Shown: positions 53,719 through 63,977 of the stretch, piece after piece
How positions within the stretch are numbered: the first letter of the stretch is position 1
Layout of the letters: each line of letters opens with the position of its first letter
Origin: Tubulanus polymorphus
Taxonomy: Eukaryota; Animalia; Nemertea
DNA length: 64,000 bases
Assembly (NCBI RefSeq): GCF_964204645.1
Contig: NC_134027.1
Span: 21,166,560-21,230,559, forward strand
Reading direction: 5' to 3'
Program-made: the position numbers and the translations under genes
The notes under the pieces: model-generated
What the model saw: only the letters and a program-made list of their open reading frames with translations
Told to the model about the DNA's origin: nothing
Database searches by the model: none

Positions 53719-54592
53719 GCCGGACATCTACGCCATGAGATCATAAGGATCATGGATAAAGCGATGGTCCTAGACCAAACCAGTGAAGAGAAGTTAAACA
53801 AATACTTGCCATTGAAGATCCAACTAGGTTGATTGAATCCAGAGTAAGTTAAAAAGTGCACCAACGTTATCAGTGCGTTAGGAAACATGCTCATGTAGCC
53901 GATTCAAATAGAATAATACATTTACAGTTGATGTGTAGCAGTTTACGTGGTTGTTTATTACTGTAGGCTTTGATTATCAATCTGTATTGTTTAGATCGTT
54001 CTGATATTATCTATTCTTAGTCTTTCTTCATATTTAATTAGCACCTTGTAATGTATAGATATTCTATAAATCGTAGTTCCTATAAGATATTTTCTACATT
54101 GATTATTGACTTGCGGTGTAAAAATAATTGCTACAACTTGCCAATATCATTCATTCTTAGTCCATACTACCACCACAAACACTCTAAGAATAAATAGCTT
54201 ATTCGCCATTATTTTGGAAAAAAGAAGATGTGGAGGGTCCTGTCTTATCTTCGGGACGGGTGACATCAAATGTCACTGTTGTATGGGGAATTAACGGTAT
54301 GGTTTGAATCCTTATGAATAGGGGACAAGCTGCTGCTGTAATAAAATCATTTGCAATATGTGTTTTGATTATATGGCGGAGGACCAAAATGATCAGGCAA
54401 AATCATGAGACGCATTGGGCTCGATGGACATGCAGACAAAGTCTGTAATGGCTGTACTTGTTTGGAGGATATTTGCAAAGGGTGCGCGTTGCAAGCGAGA
54501 TCCAAGATGCGCAGATTGGAGAACACTGGATGATATTCCCGCACGATTTGGAAGATGCTTACACATGCATGAACGAGACATGATTTACAAAC

Positions 54593-54750
54593 ATGTCTGG
54601 CAATTTTTTACCGTTGCAAACATTTTTCCATAAAATATTAGCCACCAAGGAACATGTTGACTTAGAAGATATCAACTGGTCTACCAGATCTGCTATTTGT
54701 AAATAGTGTAATACGAAAATTACATACGTTAGTTTTCAAGTAACGACTTC
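54593..54750 (+). pseudogene. Decayed 5' part of the triple RING-like gene (paralog of 61001-61552), cut by a non-LTR insertion
   Basis: Reads MSGN..TVANIFP*..EHVDLEDINWSTRSAICK*CNTKITYVSFQVTT, aligning with the N-terminus of the 183-aa ORF. Confidence 0.8.
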
Positions 54751-54783
54751 AGGAAACTTATTTGCTTTGAGAATATTAAATAA

Positions 54784-55830
54784 GTGCAAAGTGCAATTAG
54801 TCAAGCCCGACGTGATCGACGCGAGGCTCACATGGTCTTCATAAACCTGGCTAAGGCTTTTGATACAGTGCCACATGGCGCTAACTATCGTGCGCTCAGA
54901 AGGAAGCGAGTAACTGAAGAAATGGTCAGGATCGTACAGGATCTTTTCAACGGCAAATCGTCTACAGGCGATATCATTATTTGCAATGATGGGGAGAAGC
55001 AGGGGTGTTCCCTGTCCCCTTTCTTTTTTAACTCTGTCTTAGACGAACTGATTACAAATCTCAATAGTACGTCATGTGGTATGACCGTCCACGGTCACAA
55101 GATCACATGTTTAGCATTCGCTGATGACCTGGTTTTACTAGCTCACTCCGCAGAAGAGATGGATCATCTCATAGGCTTATCGGAGGAATTTTACAGGACT
55201 AAACAGATGTCCGTGAATGCGAGCAAGTGTCGCAGTCTTGAGACGAAACCGGTTCCTCACCGTATGTTCAGAAGGACCGTAATGGCAGTGAACCGTCAGT
55301 GGGATGGCTGCGATATCCCCGCTATTACCTACACCGAGTTAGTGAAATGCTTAGGTGTCGCAATCGACCCTAATGGGCGAATCGCTTTTAACGCTTCTTT
55401 GCTAGATCAATGGTTGTCTAGGCTCAAGGCCGCACCATTAAAGCCACATCAGAGGATGTACGGCTTAAAGACTAAAGAGTAATCCCACGATTGATGCACG
55501 TTTTACGTCTATCTCATCGTTTTGATAAAACTATATGTCATGTTTAAGCGATCATAAAGTGTATGAAGGATACAACGAAAATGTTTTTAGTAGTTCCATA
55601 CCTTCATTTTGTGGCATAAACGAGTGTTTAATATGTTTGGAAATACACTAAACAAAAGAAAGACTGCAAAATCCCTGCTATTACCTACACCAAGTTAGTG
55701 AAATGCTTAGGTGTCATGATCGACCCTGATGGGCGAATCGCTTTCAACGCTTCTTTGCTAGATCAATGGTTGTCTAGGCTCAAGGCCGCACCATTAAAGC
55801 CGCATCAGAGGATGTACGGCTTAAAGACTA
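54784..55830 (+). mobile_element. Non-LTR retrotransposon reverse transcriptase fragment, R2-like; 3' segment duplicated at 55671-55830
   Basis: VFINLAKAFDTVPH, KQGCSLSPFFFN..LD, CLAFADDLVL and LKAAPLKPHQRM (APLKPxQR is characteristic of R2-clade RT thumb). Confidence 0.85.
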
Positions 55831-55848
55831 TAGACTATATAATTCTTG

Positions 55849-57577
55849 GTACAAGAATTCGATCCTGATACGTTGAAAATGAAACAATTCATAGCGTTCG
55901 ATTTCGAAACTACTACAACAGAAGATTAAGGTCATATTTGGAATGGCCGTTGCTGCAAAGAGTGCAAATTTTCAGCTTAAACCAGCGATTCAGAATGCGC
56001 ATATTGTGGTAAAAATGAATTTAAGTTTCAGAATGAGACTGAATTCAGCGAGTGGCAATTCAAGAGGGGCAACTGTATTTGCACATAATTTTCAATCCTT
56101 TGACGGGTATTCTATTTTAAAATACTTGAAAATCACGCATATGTACATCCAGCAGCTAGATTTGAAAATCTTGAATACACTGAATTATTTACTGATTAAA
56201 CTAGCTTAACCCTTTCAATCCCACTACCGTATGGCATACGGTACAAATTGACAAGCTAGCATACCCGTACCGTATGTTATACGGTATCACTTAACCCTTC
56301 TTCTAGAAGGGCATATCTTTCGGTATCAGCCGGTGCTGCCATCTGCATAAAATCAAAGATGGCAACAGCCATGAAAAAAACAATTTGGCTGGATGAAACG
56401 GTTCAGCAGCTCGTATATGATGCTGACAGTGATGCTGGTGACTTGCTGGCAATGATTTTGATGATGAAAATGAAATCAGTGACAGTTTTTTTAGACCCTG
56501 TTGATACGGTTGTCATGGCAACGGACACCAATAATAACGAAGAATCAGAAACTGTCCATCTTCAAGGTCACATATATTCAAATAATTTGTCTTATTTGTA
56601 AGCCCAATGGTTATCAACACCATGGTATACAATGTATCAGTGTCAAATACATAGGTAAAAATTTTCTGAGGCCTGAAATTATACCCCAATGAAACCCCTT
56701 ACATCCGGCCTTCCGACATATCGGTGAAGAAGTTCGTAAATGAGTAGAAAAATAAATTTTTCTAGTTGTTCTATTGCTTTGAAATTTTACTACATAAAGT
56801 AAGGATATATGGCATACAATTTCAGTTGGAATTGAATAGATCAGTGCATTTTTCTGGGAGCAGTTTATCTGAAACTTTTTTGGTGAATTTTTTTCATGGC
56901 GGCCATCTTGAAGTATGTGACCTTGACCTCAACTTCACTTATATCCAAATTATTTATGTCTAAATTGTTGGCCCAAAAGTTATCAACATCATGCTATATA
57001 ATTTTCTGTGTCAGATACCTTGGTAACTTTCCTATGAAGTTTCAAATATAACCCTATAAACCCCTTAATTCCCTCCGGTACAGCAGTGGAGACACTATAT
57101 GGTATTGAAAGGGTTAAATATCTAGTACTTGAGGTTTACGCGAATTAAAAAAAGGTAATTTTCCATACAAGTTTTGTAGATCAGACAATTTGAATTATGT
57201 TGGTGTGTTGCCCGCTTGAGAAATGTATAATCCGGATAGACTCAGTAGTGGGGAGCATGAGAAACTTGTTGCCTGGCATGATTTGCAACAACAGGGCTGC
57301 GAACAGTTACAAAATTATGTCTAAACAGTATGTGGGGGAAATTCGTACAAAATCACAATAAAATTTCAGCGAAAAATTCGGACCCGGGGGAATTTTATGA
57401 GTTAATTCTCGACTGTTGAAATTTCCGATATAATCATCTGTAATGATGAAGTATTCCGTCTACATTATGACACAAAGGCAGAGTTTGCCAAACCTCATAG
57501 TCGAACGAACATTGCCATAGCAGCTTTTACAACAGCCAACGCGCAACTATACTCATACATGGAGAAGCTAAGCGCCT
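55849..57577 (+). pseudogene. Decayed Polinton/Maverick protein-primed DNA polymerase B, copy A, interrupted by a piggyBac MITE
   Basis: FIAFDFETT (Exo I), FAHNFQSFDGY (Exo II), LKILNTLNYL.IKLA, LKKGNFPYKF..NLNYVG, KLCLNSMWGKF (PolB motif B) and TNIAIAAFTTANA; many deletions and stops. Confidence 0.88.
56210..57113. mobile_element. Non-autonomous piggyBac-type element (904 bp) inserted in pPolB copy A
   Basis: TTAA|CCCTTTCAAT ... ATTGAAAGGG|TTAA; sub-terminal TACCGTAT..ATACGGTA palindromes; pPolB homology resumes on both sides. Confidence 0.88.
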
Positions 57578-57764
57578 GAATACGGCATAATAATTACACA
57601 AGTATAAAGTTACATTCAATGTTTATCTACAATATTTTGGAAAAAATTTAGTTCCAAGCGGGGTGACATAAAATGTCACTGCTGTATGGAGAATTTACGT
57701 TATGATGTAAATCCAGCACGAACAGGCTGCGCCCAGTCAACAGCAGCCATCCACATCAACAGCA

Positions 57765-59500
57765 ACGTGTTTTTCATGCGTGAAGTGTAATGCGTCATTT
57801 CATCGAATACTTGACTGGAAGCGACACACCAACTTTTGCCGGAAAGGTGACGAGTCGGCAACCAAGCGAGGAAACATCGACGAAGAACCAGCTGTTGAGC
57901 AACCGACGAAAAGACACCGAGCAGCCTATGACGATGATTCGGAAGAGCGAACGTTCGGTAACGTCAAAGTGACTAGGGTAGGTTTCTTTTTTATCCTGTC
58001 AACCGTTTTGTCTATAGTTTTTTTTCTAATTTTTTTTTCTTTTTCAGGTATGTTCTCGGGCAAGCAAAAAGTGGGGCCTTAGTCCCGACGTTTACAAGGC
58101 TGAAATTGTCGATAGTCCAGCTGCCGATGAGGAAACCGATAAACGGTATGCTATCATTTGTAGAGGCAACCAATGGCGATCGTATATGCCTTTCTATTGA
58201 ACATCCAAACTTGGATAATAACATCAATTTGCCCCTTGTAGCTGTTGAAGAATTGAGTCCCAATTAATTTTTGTAGAAATCGTTAAAGTGATGCAGTCGA
58301 ATGATAAGATTGACTTTAAGGGGTTGATATTCCATTGTATTTTTATTCGAATGCCCCGGGGCGCCGGACAACCAAACAAAAATTACATCAAGCGAACGAT
58401 GCTAAAATACGATAAATTTAAACAGCAAAAATGTTGTATCATTCAAATAAGGAACACTGACGATTTATGTTTGGCCCGAAGCATTGTTGTAGCCAAAGCG
58501 CACGCAGACAATGATCCCGCTTATGCGCAATTGCGAAGAGTTGATGGAAGCGCCAAAAAGGTGCAGCCGTACAACTACACACCAAGTACGGCGTCCCACT
58601 GGGTATGTATGGCTTAGAAGAAGTCAAGTTGTTCGATGAGCATGTTGACGATTACTTTCTCATGGTCGTGACGGGGGTAACTACAATTTCGATGTGTTGT
58701 ATGCATCGAAAAAAACAACAGAGAAGAAAAAGATATGCTTGTTATACCACGGTAACCATTTTCAGGTCATAACAAGCATGACTGCGTTCACGTGTAAGAA
58801 GTATTTCTGTAATAAGTGTAGGAAAGCGTTTAATCATAAGGAGTCACATCCGTGTTTCGATCACTGTCCGTTGTGTCTCGGTGTTGGTTGCAAAGCAGAG
58901 AATTCGATACATTGCAATAGATGTAACATCTATTACAAGGGACAGGAGTGCTACGCCAATCATTTGAAAAGCTTGGCTAGCGGGATGTCGTTGTGCGACA
59001 GTCGAGCAAGGTGTAAGGCATGCGGTCAATTTGTAAAGCGCGAAAAAATCGCCTCAGCTGACCACGACTGTGGTATTAAGTATTGGTATTAAGTAGGCGG
59101 GTGTCTTGATAAACCCGTACCTCCAGGGAGGGAAAGAATTCGATGCTGAGTTATTGAAAGTGAAGAAATTCATAGCGTTTGATTTTGAGACTACGACAAC
59201 AGAAGATTCGATTCATAAGGTCATCTTTGGAATGGCACACCGTTGTTGCCAAGAGTGCAAGTTGTCGACTATAATAATGAGCGATTCAGAATGTGCCCAT
59301 TGTGGTAAGAACGAATTCAAGTTCCAAAATATAACTGAATTCTGCGAGTGGTTGTTCAATGACCAAAATAGAGGGGTAACCGCATTCGCCCACAACTTTC
59401 AATCCTTCGACGGATATTTTAATTTGAAGTATTTACTAGACCAGGCAATTAGACCTGAGATTATTCTGAACGGCGGTAAAATCATGTACATGTACATCCA
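57765..59500 (+). pseudogene. Polinton/adintovirus-like pPolB N-terminal half, copy B; frameshifted and truncated after the exonuclease motifs; predicted intron 57978-58047
   Basis: N-terminal C2H2/C2HC finger CVKCNASFHRILDWKRHTNFC, then VMQSN, IIQIRNTDDLCLARSIVVAKAH, LLYHGNHFQVITSMTAF..KKYFCNKC, a Cys-rich linker, FIAFDFETT, TAFAHNFQSFDGYF and ILNGGKIM. Confidence 0.88.
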
Positions 59501-59544
59501 TTTGCATTTTCATTTCAGATATTATTGAAATGTATCTACTTTGT

Positions 59545-59742
59545 AGTTATCTTTCAATGCAATAAAGAACTGAAATATTAGTATCATATTTTATATATTA
59601 ATCTAATGTGTTGACTCTGTAATTATCTTTTTTTGATGCAATAAAGAACTGAAATATAAGTATTATATTTTATATATTAATCTAATCCATTGAGTTTCTA
59701 ATTATCTTTTTTTGATGCAATAAAGAACTGAAATATTAGTAT
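59545..59742 (+). repeat. Three tandem ~79-bp AT-rich units, each with an AATAAA
   Basis: GCAATAAAGAACTGAAATA recurs at ~59559, ~59638 and ~59717. Confidence 0.8.
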
Positions 59743-59836
59743 TACATTTTCGTGAAGATGCGCACAATGTATTGCCGAGCCTGTTCTGTCGAAATGTAGT
59801 CTACTGGGCACGGATGTTGGCGGAATCGATTAGGCA

Positions 59837-60133
59837 TTGAAAACATTTTCCTTAAACAATCAACCAGCATGGAACATGTCAACTTTGAAGATAATGACTG
59901 GTCTAACAGATTTGCTATTTGCAAATATTGTAAAACGACAATTACATACGGTAGTTTTCGAGTAATGACCTGCTGTAGGAAACTGATTTGGAAGATTGTT
60001 GGTTGGTAAACACTCGGTGGTTAAGCGTTCAGCATAATTTCAAATGCCCTATCGAGGATTGTGATGCGAAAAAAGACTGCTATCGATGCCACGGACAGGA
60101 GGATTTGTTTCATTGTTGCGGTAAAACTATATA
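59837..60133 (+). pseudogene. Second decayed copy of the triple RING-like gene, inverted relative to the intact copy
   Basis: ENIF..EHVNFEDNDWSNRFAICKYCKTTITYGSFRVMTCCRK, a frameshift, then CWLVNTRWLSVQHNFKCPIEDC..KKDCYRCHGQEDLFHCCGKTI; close reverse complement of ~61210-61530. Confidence 0.88.
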
Positions 60134-60144
60134 TTGAACATTAA

Positions 60145-60530
60145 ACGAACTCAAAGCGACAAATTGTAGGCTAAAGAGTGACCAGGATTTGAAAAAACTC
60201 AAAGCGACAAATTGTAGGCTACAGAGTGACCAGGATTTGAAAAAAGACGGCCATGGTGCCTATGACATGAAGGTAGAAAAGACACCAATATTATCTGTCT
60301 GTCATGGCTGGACAATAAAGTGGTCAACTAAGCGTCATCTTACATTGCTGCTCATCCAATAGGGAAAGCTTGGCGATGGGATAAAAGCCAGAAAAAACAT
60401 GATTGCCCAGTACAGTCAATTCATGGGTGGCATAGATCTGATGGATATGTGTATTGCCATGTATAAAACAAATCTGAGATCATAAAGATGGTACCTTTAT
60501 GTATTCTGGCACAGAATAAAGCTAACTGTT
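60145..60530 (+). pseudogene. piggyBac (PGBD2/3-like) transposase C-terminal relic
   Basis: SWLDNKVV, RWDKSQKKH and YSQFMGGIDLMDMCIAMYKTNLRS*RWYLYVFWH; ends abruptly at 60530. Confidence 0.8.
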
Positions 60531-61000
60531 AGTAGTTAGGAAATGTCACTTCAGGACCTCAATGAGGGGGGAGGGGGAGGAGTGAGGAGGGGGAGGGGGA
60601 GGAGTTTCTTAAGATTTTTTTCTTAAGATATTTTTCTTAAGATTTTTTTCTCAAGATTTTTTCCTCAAGATATTTTTCTTAAGATTTTTTTTTTTTTTCC
60701 TCAAGATATTTTTCTTAAGATATTTTCCGTAAGATTTTTTTTCTTTTTTTCCTTTACGAATTTTCTTTTTGGCGGCAAAATTCAAATCATTGACTATGTA
60801 AATTCCAAATCAATTTATTGATGTGATTAATTCCCTAGATGGCGCCACTATTACGAGATCCTATGCGTGTGTGTGTGTGAGGAGGGGGAGGAGTAAATCC
60901 TAGATGGCGCTTTCTTTTCCAGCATTACCAATTTCGAGTGATACAAAGAAACCACAAAAAACAAACAAATGTAAAACAAATAAAAAACATTTATTGACCG

Positions 61001-61552
61001 TTAAAATTTACAGTTTAAACACGATTTAACTCCGAATTCCTTCGCACACGAAGCGTGAACATAAGTACCGCAACAGTCCGTCTTTTGTTTAGTTATCTCC
61101 AAACATACTAAACACGTGTTTACGCCACAAAATAAAGTTACGCAGTTAAAACAAAAGTTTTCTTTATACCCTTCATACGCTTTGAGGTCGTTTAAACATG
61201 TCCGACATATAGTTTTACCGCAACAATGAAACAAATCCTCCTGTCCGCGACATCGATAGCAGTCTTTTTTCGCGATGTGTCTTATAATCCTAAAATGTGC
61301 CACGCAATCCTCGATAGGGCATTTAAAATTATGCTGAACGCTTAACCACCGAGTGTTTACCAACCAACAATCTTCGCAAATCGGTTTCCTACAGCAGGTC
61401 GTTACTTGAAAACTACCGTATGTAATTGACGTATTACAATATTTGCAAATTGCAAATCCGGTAGACCAGTCGATATCTTCAAAGTCGATATGTTCCGTGG
61501 TAACTGATCCTTTGCGGAAAATATTTTCAACGGTGAAAAATTTGCCAGACAT
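61001..61552 (-). CDS. 183-aa Cys-rich protein with three tandem RING-like modules (putative Zn-binding or E3 ligase)
   Basis: Intact ATG-TAA frame with AATAAA just downstream; three modules CxxC...CCxxx(I/V)(C/H)xxC...CxxC: CKYC..CCRKPICEDC..CPIEDC, CYRC..CCGKTICRTC..CFNC and CLVC..CCGTYVHASC..CLNC. Confidence 0.8.
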   Translation of the reverse strand: MSGKFFTVENIFRKGSVTTEHIDFEDIDWSTGFAICKYCNTSITYGSFQVTTCCRKPICEDCWLVNTRWLSVQHNFKCPIEDCVAHFRIIRHIAKKDCYRCRGQEDLFHCCGKTICRTCLNDLKAYEGYKENFCFNCVTLFCGVNTCLVCLEITKQKTDCCGTYVHASCAKEFGVKSCLNCKF

Positions 61553-61855
61553 TGCCAGACACAGAAACCGGGCTCAATATTACGTATTCTTGTGCACGTG
61601 CGCGCGCGCGTGCGCGTGCGTGTGTGTGTGGAGGGGGAGGATGGGAAAGTGGGAGATAATTCCAAGATGGCGTCTTTTAACGGCTATTGCGAAATCATGA
61701 ACGAGTTTGGGCGAAAAATATTTCGCAATAACATGTGAAACCGTAAATCGTGTTCAGGCAAGTCATTTTCTGACAATAAAAACGCGTTGTAAATCCATAA
61801 ATTAATCATTCTGCTCAGAGACTTTGACCCGTCAACATCGACCTGTATCACCCAG
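61553..61855. promoter_or_regulatory. Probable bidirectional promoter between the triple RING-like and PC4 genes
   Basis: Divergent ORFs ~300 bp apart; alternating purine-pyrimidine tract at 61592-61629; YY1-like CAAGATGGCG at ~61663. Confidence 0.45.
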
Positions 61856-62662
61856 ATGGATTTGACTAGTGGACAAACTACCTTAGAAATATGTAGTACA
61901 CCAAAGTCATCTACTCAATCTAGAAAAAGAAAAAGTCCTTCGCACAAACTCGACTTTAGTAAGTTTCTACTTCTTCTCCGTATTCGAAACCGGTAATTAT
62001 TTTTTAGACGCATACCTATATAGAATATTTTTTATTGTTTTATAGGTTCAATCGTAAATGACAACGCTGTTCCGTCGAAAGTTCAACGGAATACATGGAA
62101 CAATGACCCCGAGCCTCATTATCTAGGATCGCTTGTGTACGCGAGTGCGAAAACGTGGCAGGGGTTAAAACGTATAGATTTACGATCTTTCGAATGCTGT
62201 GAACGTAGAAAACAACTGTACCCCACTAAAAACGGTATTGCTTTGGATCTCCAAGAGTGGGTACATATAAATTATTGTAAAGCCGATATCGAACACGAAA
62301 TTGCGCGCGTTAAAGAAGATATCGATTACGTAGGCGTGATGACCGTTGGTCGTTCAAACTTTATCAAAATATATAGATCTAGTCACGATCACCGTATTTA
62401 CGTAGATATCCGAAAATACGATCTACACGATGAGCTGTCCGATGTAAATCCGACTAGATGCGGCGTAAAACTAACATTGGAACAATGGAAAAAATTGAAA
62501 GACATTAATTTTACAGAAGATATATCCGAAATGGCTAATATGAGACCGTGCTGGTACGATTCGAGTCACTCGAATCAGGAATACAGGTGCCCGTACTGCG
62601 CAAAAGACACAAGCGGGGTTAGAAAAGCACCTGAATACGGTATAATGATAACCCAAGTATAA
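61856..62662 (+). CDS. Double PC4-domain ssDNA-binding / coactivator-like protein with C-terminal Cys/His cluster; predicted exons 61856-61958 and 62046-62662 (239 aa)
   Basis: Two PC4-like repeats: RIDLRSF..LYPTKNGIALDLQEW and YVDIRKY..NPTRCGVKLTLEQWKKL; tail PCWYDSSHSNQEYRCPYC; an 87-nt GTAAGT...TTTTATAG intron joins in frame an ATG exon with NLS-like SRKRKSP. Confidence 0.82.
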
Positions 62663-62836
62663 TTTCACAGATAATAATTAGATATTATTTATATAAAAGC
62701 TTATTAAAATGTTTAATACATAATAAACTTGCAATGGATATAATATTTCATATCTGTCTCATTTTATTTACTCTATAATAATCAAGCATTTCGTCGTTGC
62801 CTAGGCCCCTTCTATACAATATATCATCAAAGAACG

Positions 62837-63140
62837 TAATTAAGTAATCGAGAAACAATTACCATTGACCCGTTGTTAGCATCTGCCGTCTAAAATAGCT
62901 GGTCAGTACCCCCATATGTGCCGGAATATGCGGGATGAAAATTACGCAATTAAGTAATTGAGAAACAAAAACCATTGACCAGTTTGTTAGCATCTGCCGT
63001 CTAAAATATCTAGTCAGTACCCTCGATATGTGACGGAATGGTTTAGAAACCAAACCGAATAGACAATTAGGTAATTAAAGACCCTTGATTCATCCATTGC
63101 AAAACATCTGCCACGCAAAGTAGCTACTGCGTATAAAATA
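62837..63140 (+). promoter_or_regulatory. Two ~110-bp direct repeats plus a third degenerate unit ending in a TATA box, upstream of the RING gene
   Basis: AATTAAGTAAT.GAGAAACAA..ACCATTGACC..TTGTTAGCATCTGCCGTCTAAAATA.CT.GTCAGTACCC at 62838 and 62948; third unit at 63064 keeps CATCTGCC; TATAAAA at 63132, 42 bp before the ATG at 63174. Confidence 0.6.
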
Positions 63141-63173
63141 CTCGTCAGAAGATCTCTAAAATCCATTACGAAA

Positions 63174-63506
63174 ATGACTAACAACGGTGCTCGTTGGACG
63201 GTGATCCCGGACGATGCAGAAGCGGTATTAGTGTGTGACATTTGTCTGTGTTCAGGACAGCGGGCCTGCATGCTGTGCGGTCTATGCCAGTACCGTCATC
63301 CGCTGTGCAATAATTGCACAGCAAGATTGATTTGTACTGGCATAGACAACAGCCTCCCAAATGCGGAAAATGTTATATCGTGTCCGTTCTGTCGGAACAC
63401 GATATATTGGGCCCGAGTAATGCGTCGCCATAGTCGCCTCGTCCGTGAACGAATAGCGAAAGCTAATAGAAGACGAAGAATGCAACAGCAGCAGCAGCGT
63501 CAATGA
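63174..63506 (+). CDS. 110-aa RING-finger (C3HC4-like) protein with a basic, NLS-like tail
   Basis: CDIC...CQYRHPLCNNC...CPFCR; AAAATG start after a TATA box; C-terminal RERIAKANRRRR. Confidence 0.78.
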   Translation: MTNNGARWTVIPDDAEAVLVCDICLCSGQRACMLCGLCQYRHPLCNNCTARLICTGIDNSLPNAENVISCPFCRNTIYWARVMRRHSRLVRERIAKANRRRRMQQQQQRQ

Positions 63507-63635
63507 TTATGACGACGACGACGACGACGACGACGACGAAGCCCACGTGAAACCCCCCTTTAAACAGTTCTTTTCAGAACTACTTCAATTTCCAAGAAAG
63601 AGCCAGTGTTTAAACGCCTCGCCTCGCTTTAAGCT

Positions 63636-63977
63636 TCAGTGTTTTTTTATATTGAAGAGTTTTAAACAAAACGCGTTATTACCCCCTACTTCATTCATCA
63701 GATCGTCGACTATAATTAATGTACGTTTACTGCCATCTATTTTGTCGTAGAGTTCTCCGGAAAAACCCTCTACAAACTGCACTCCAAACTTTTCCAATTC
63801 ATTGAACATTTCGGGTTGCGCCTCCGCGTAACACCAATATATCTTATCGGGATTTTTTTCGACAAGATTCTCTGTTATAACTTTTTTGACAAACACACTT
63901 TTATCGGAACCCGTCGGTCCTGCGACTATCATCGTGAATGGGTGGGATAAGTATCTCGGGCCATTATACTCTGCCAT
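63636..63977 (-). pseudogene. Polinton-type A32/FtsK-HerA genome-packaging ATPase, truncated, with mutated Walker A
   Basis: HPFTMIVAGPTGSDKS (canonical GPTGSGKS/T), KIYWCY, Walker B LIIVDDLM; homology stops before the expected SHHxN motif. Confidence 0.85.

Noticed and set aside
56359-56601. 80-aa ORF as a host gene
   Set aside because: Lies within a TTAA-flanked non-autonomous element; probably the remnant acidic N-terminus of a piggyBac transposase
59837-61530. Inverted RING-like gene copies as TIRs of one element
   Set aside because: They are coding sequence separated by a piggyBac relic and a separate terminus; better explained as two insertions in opposite orientation
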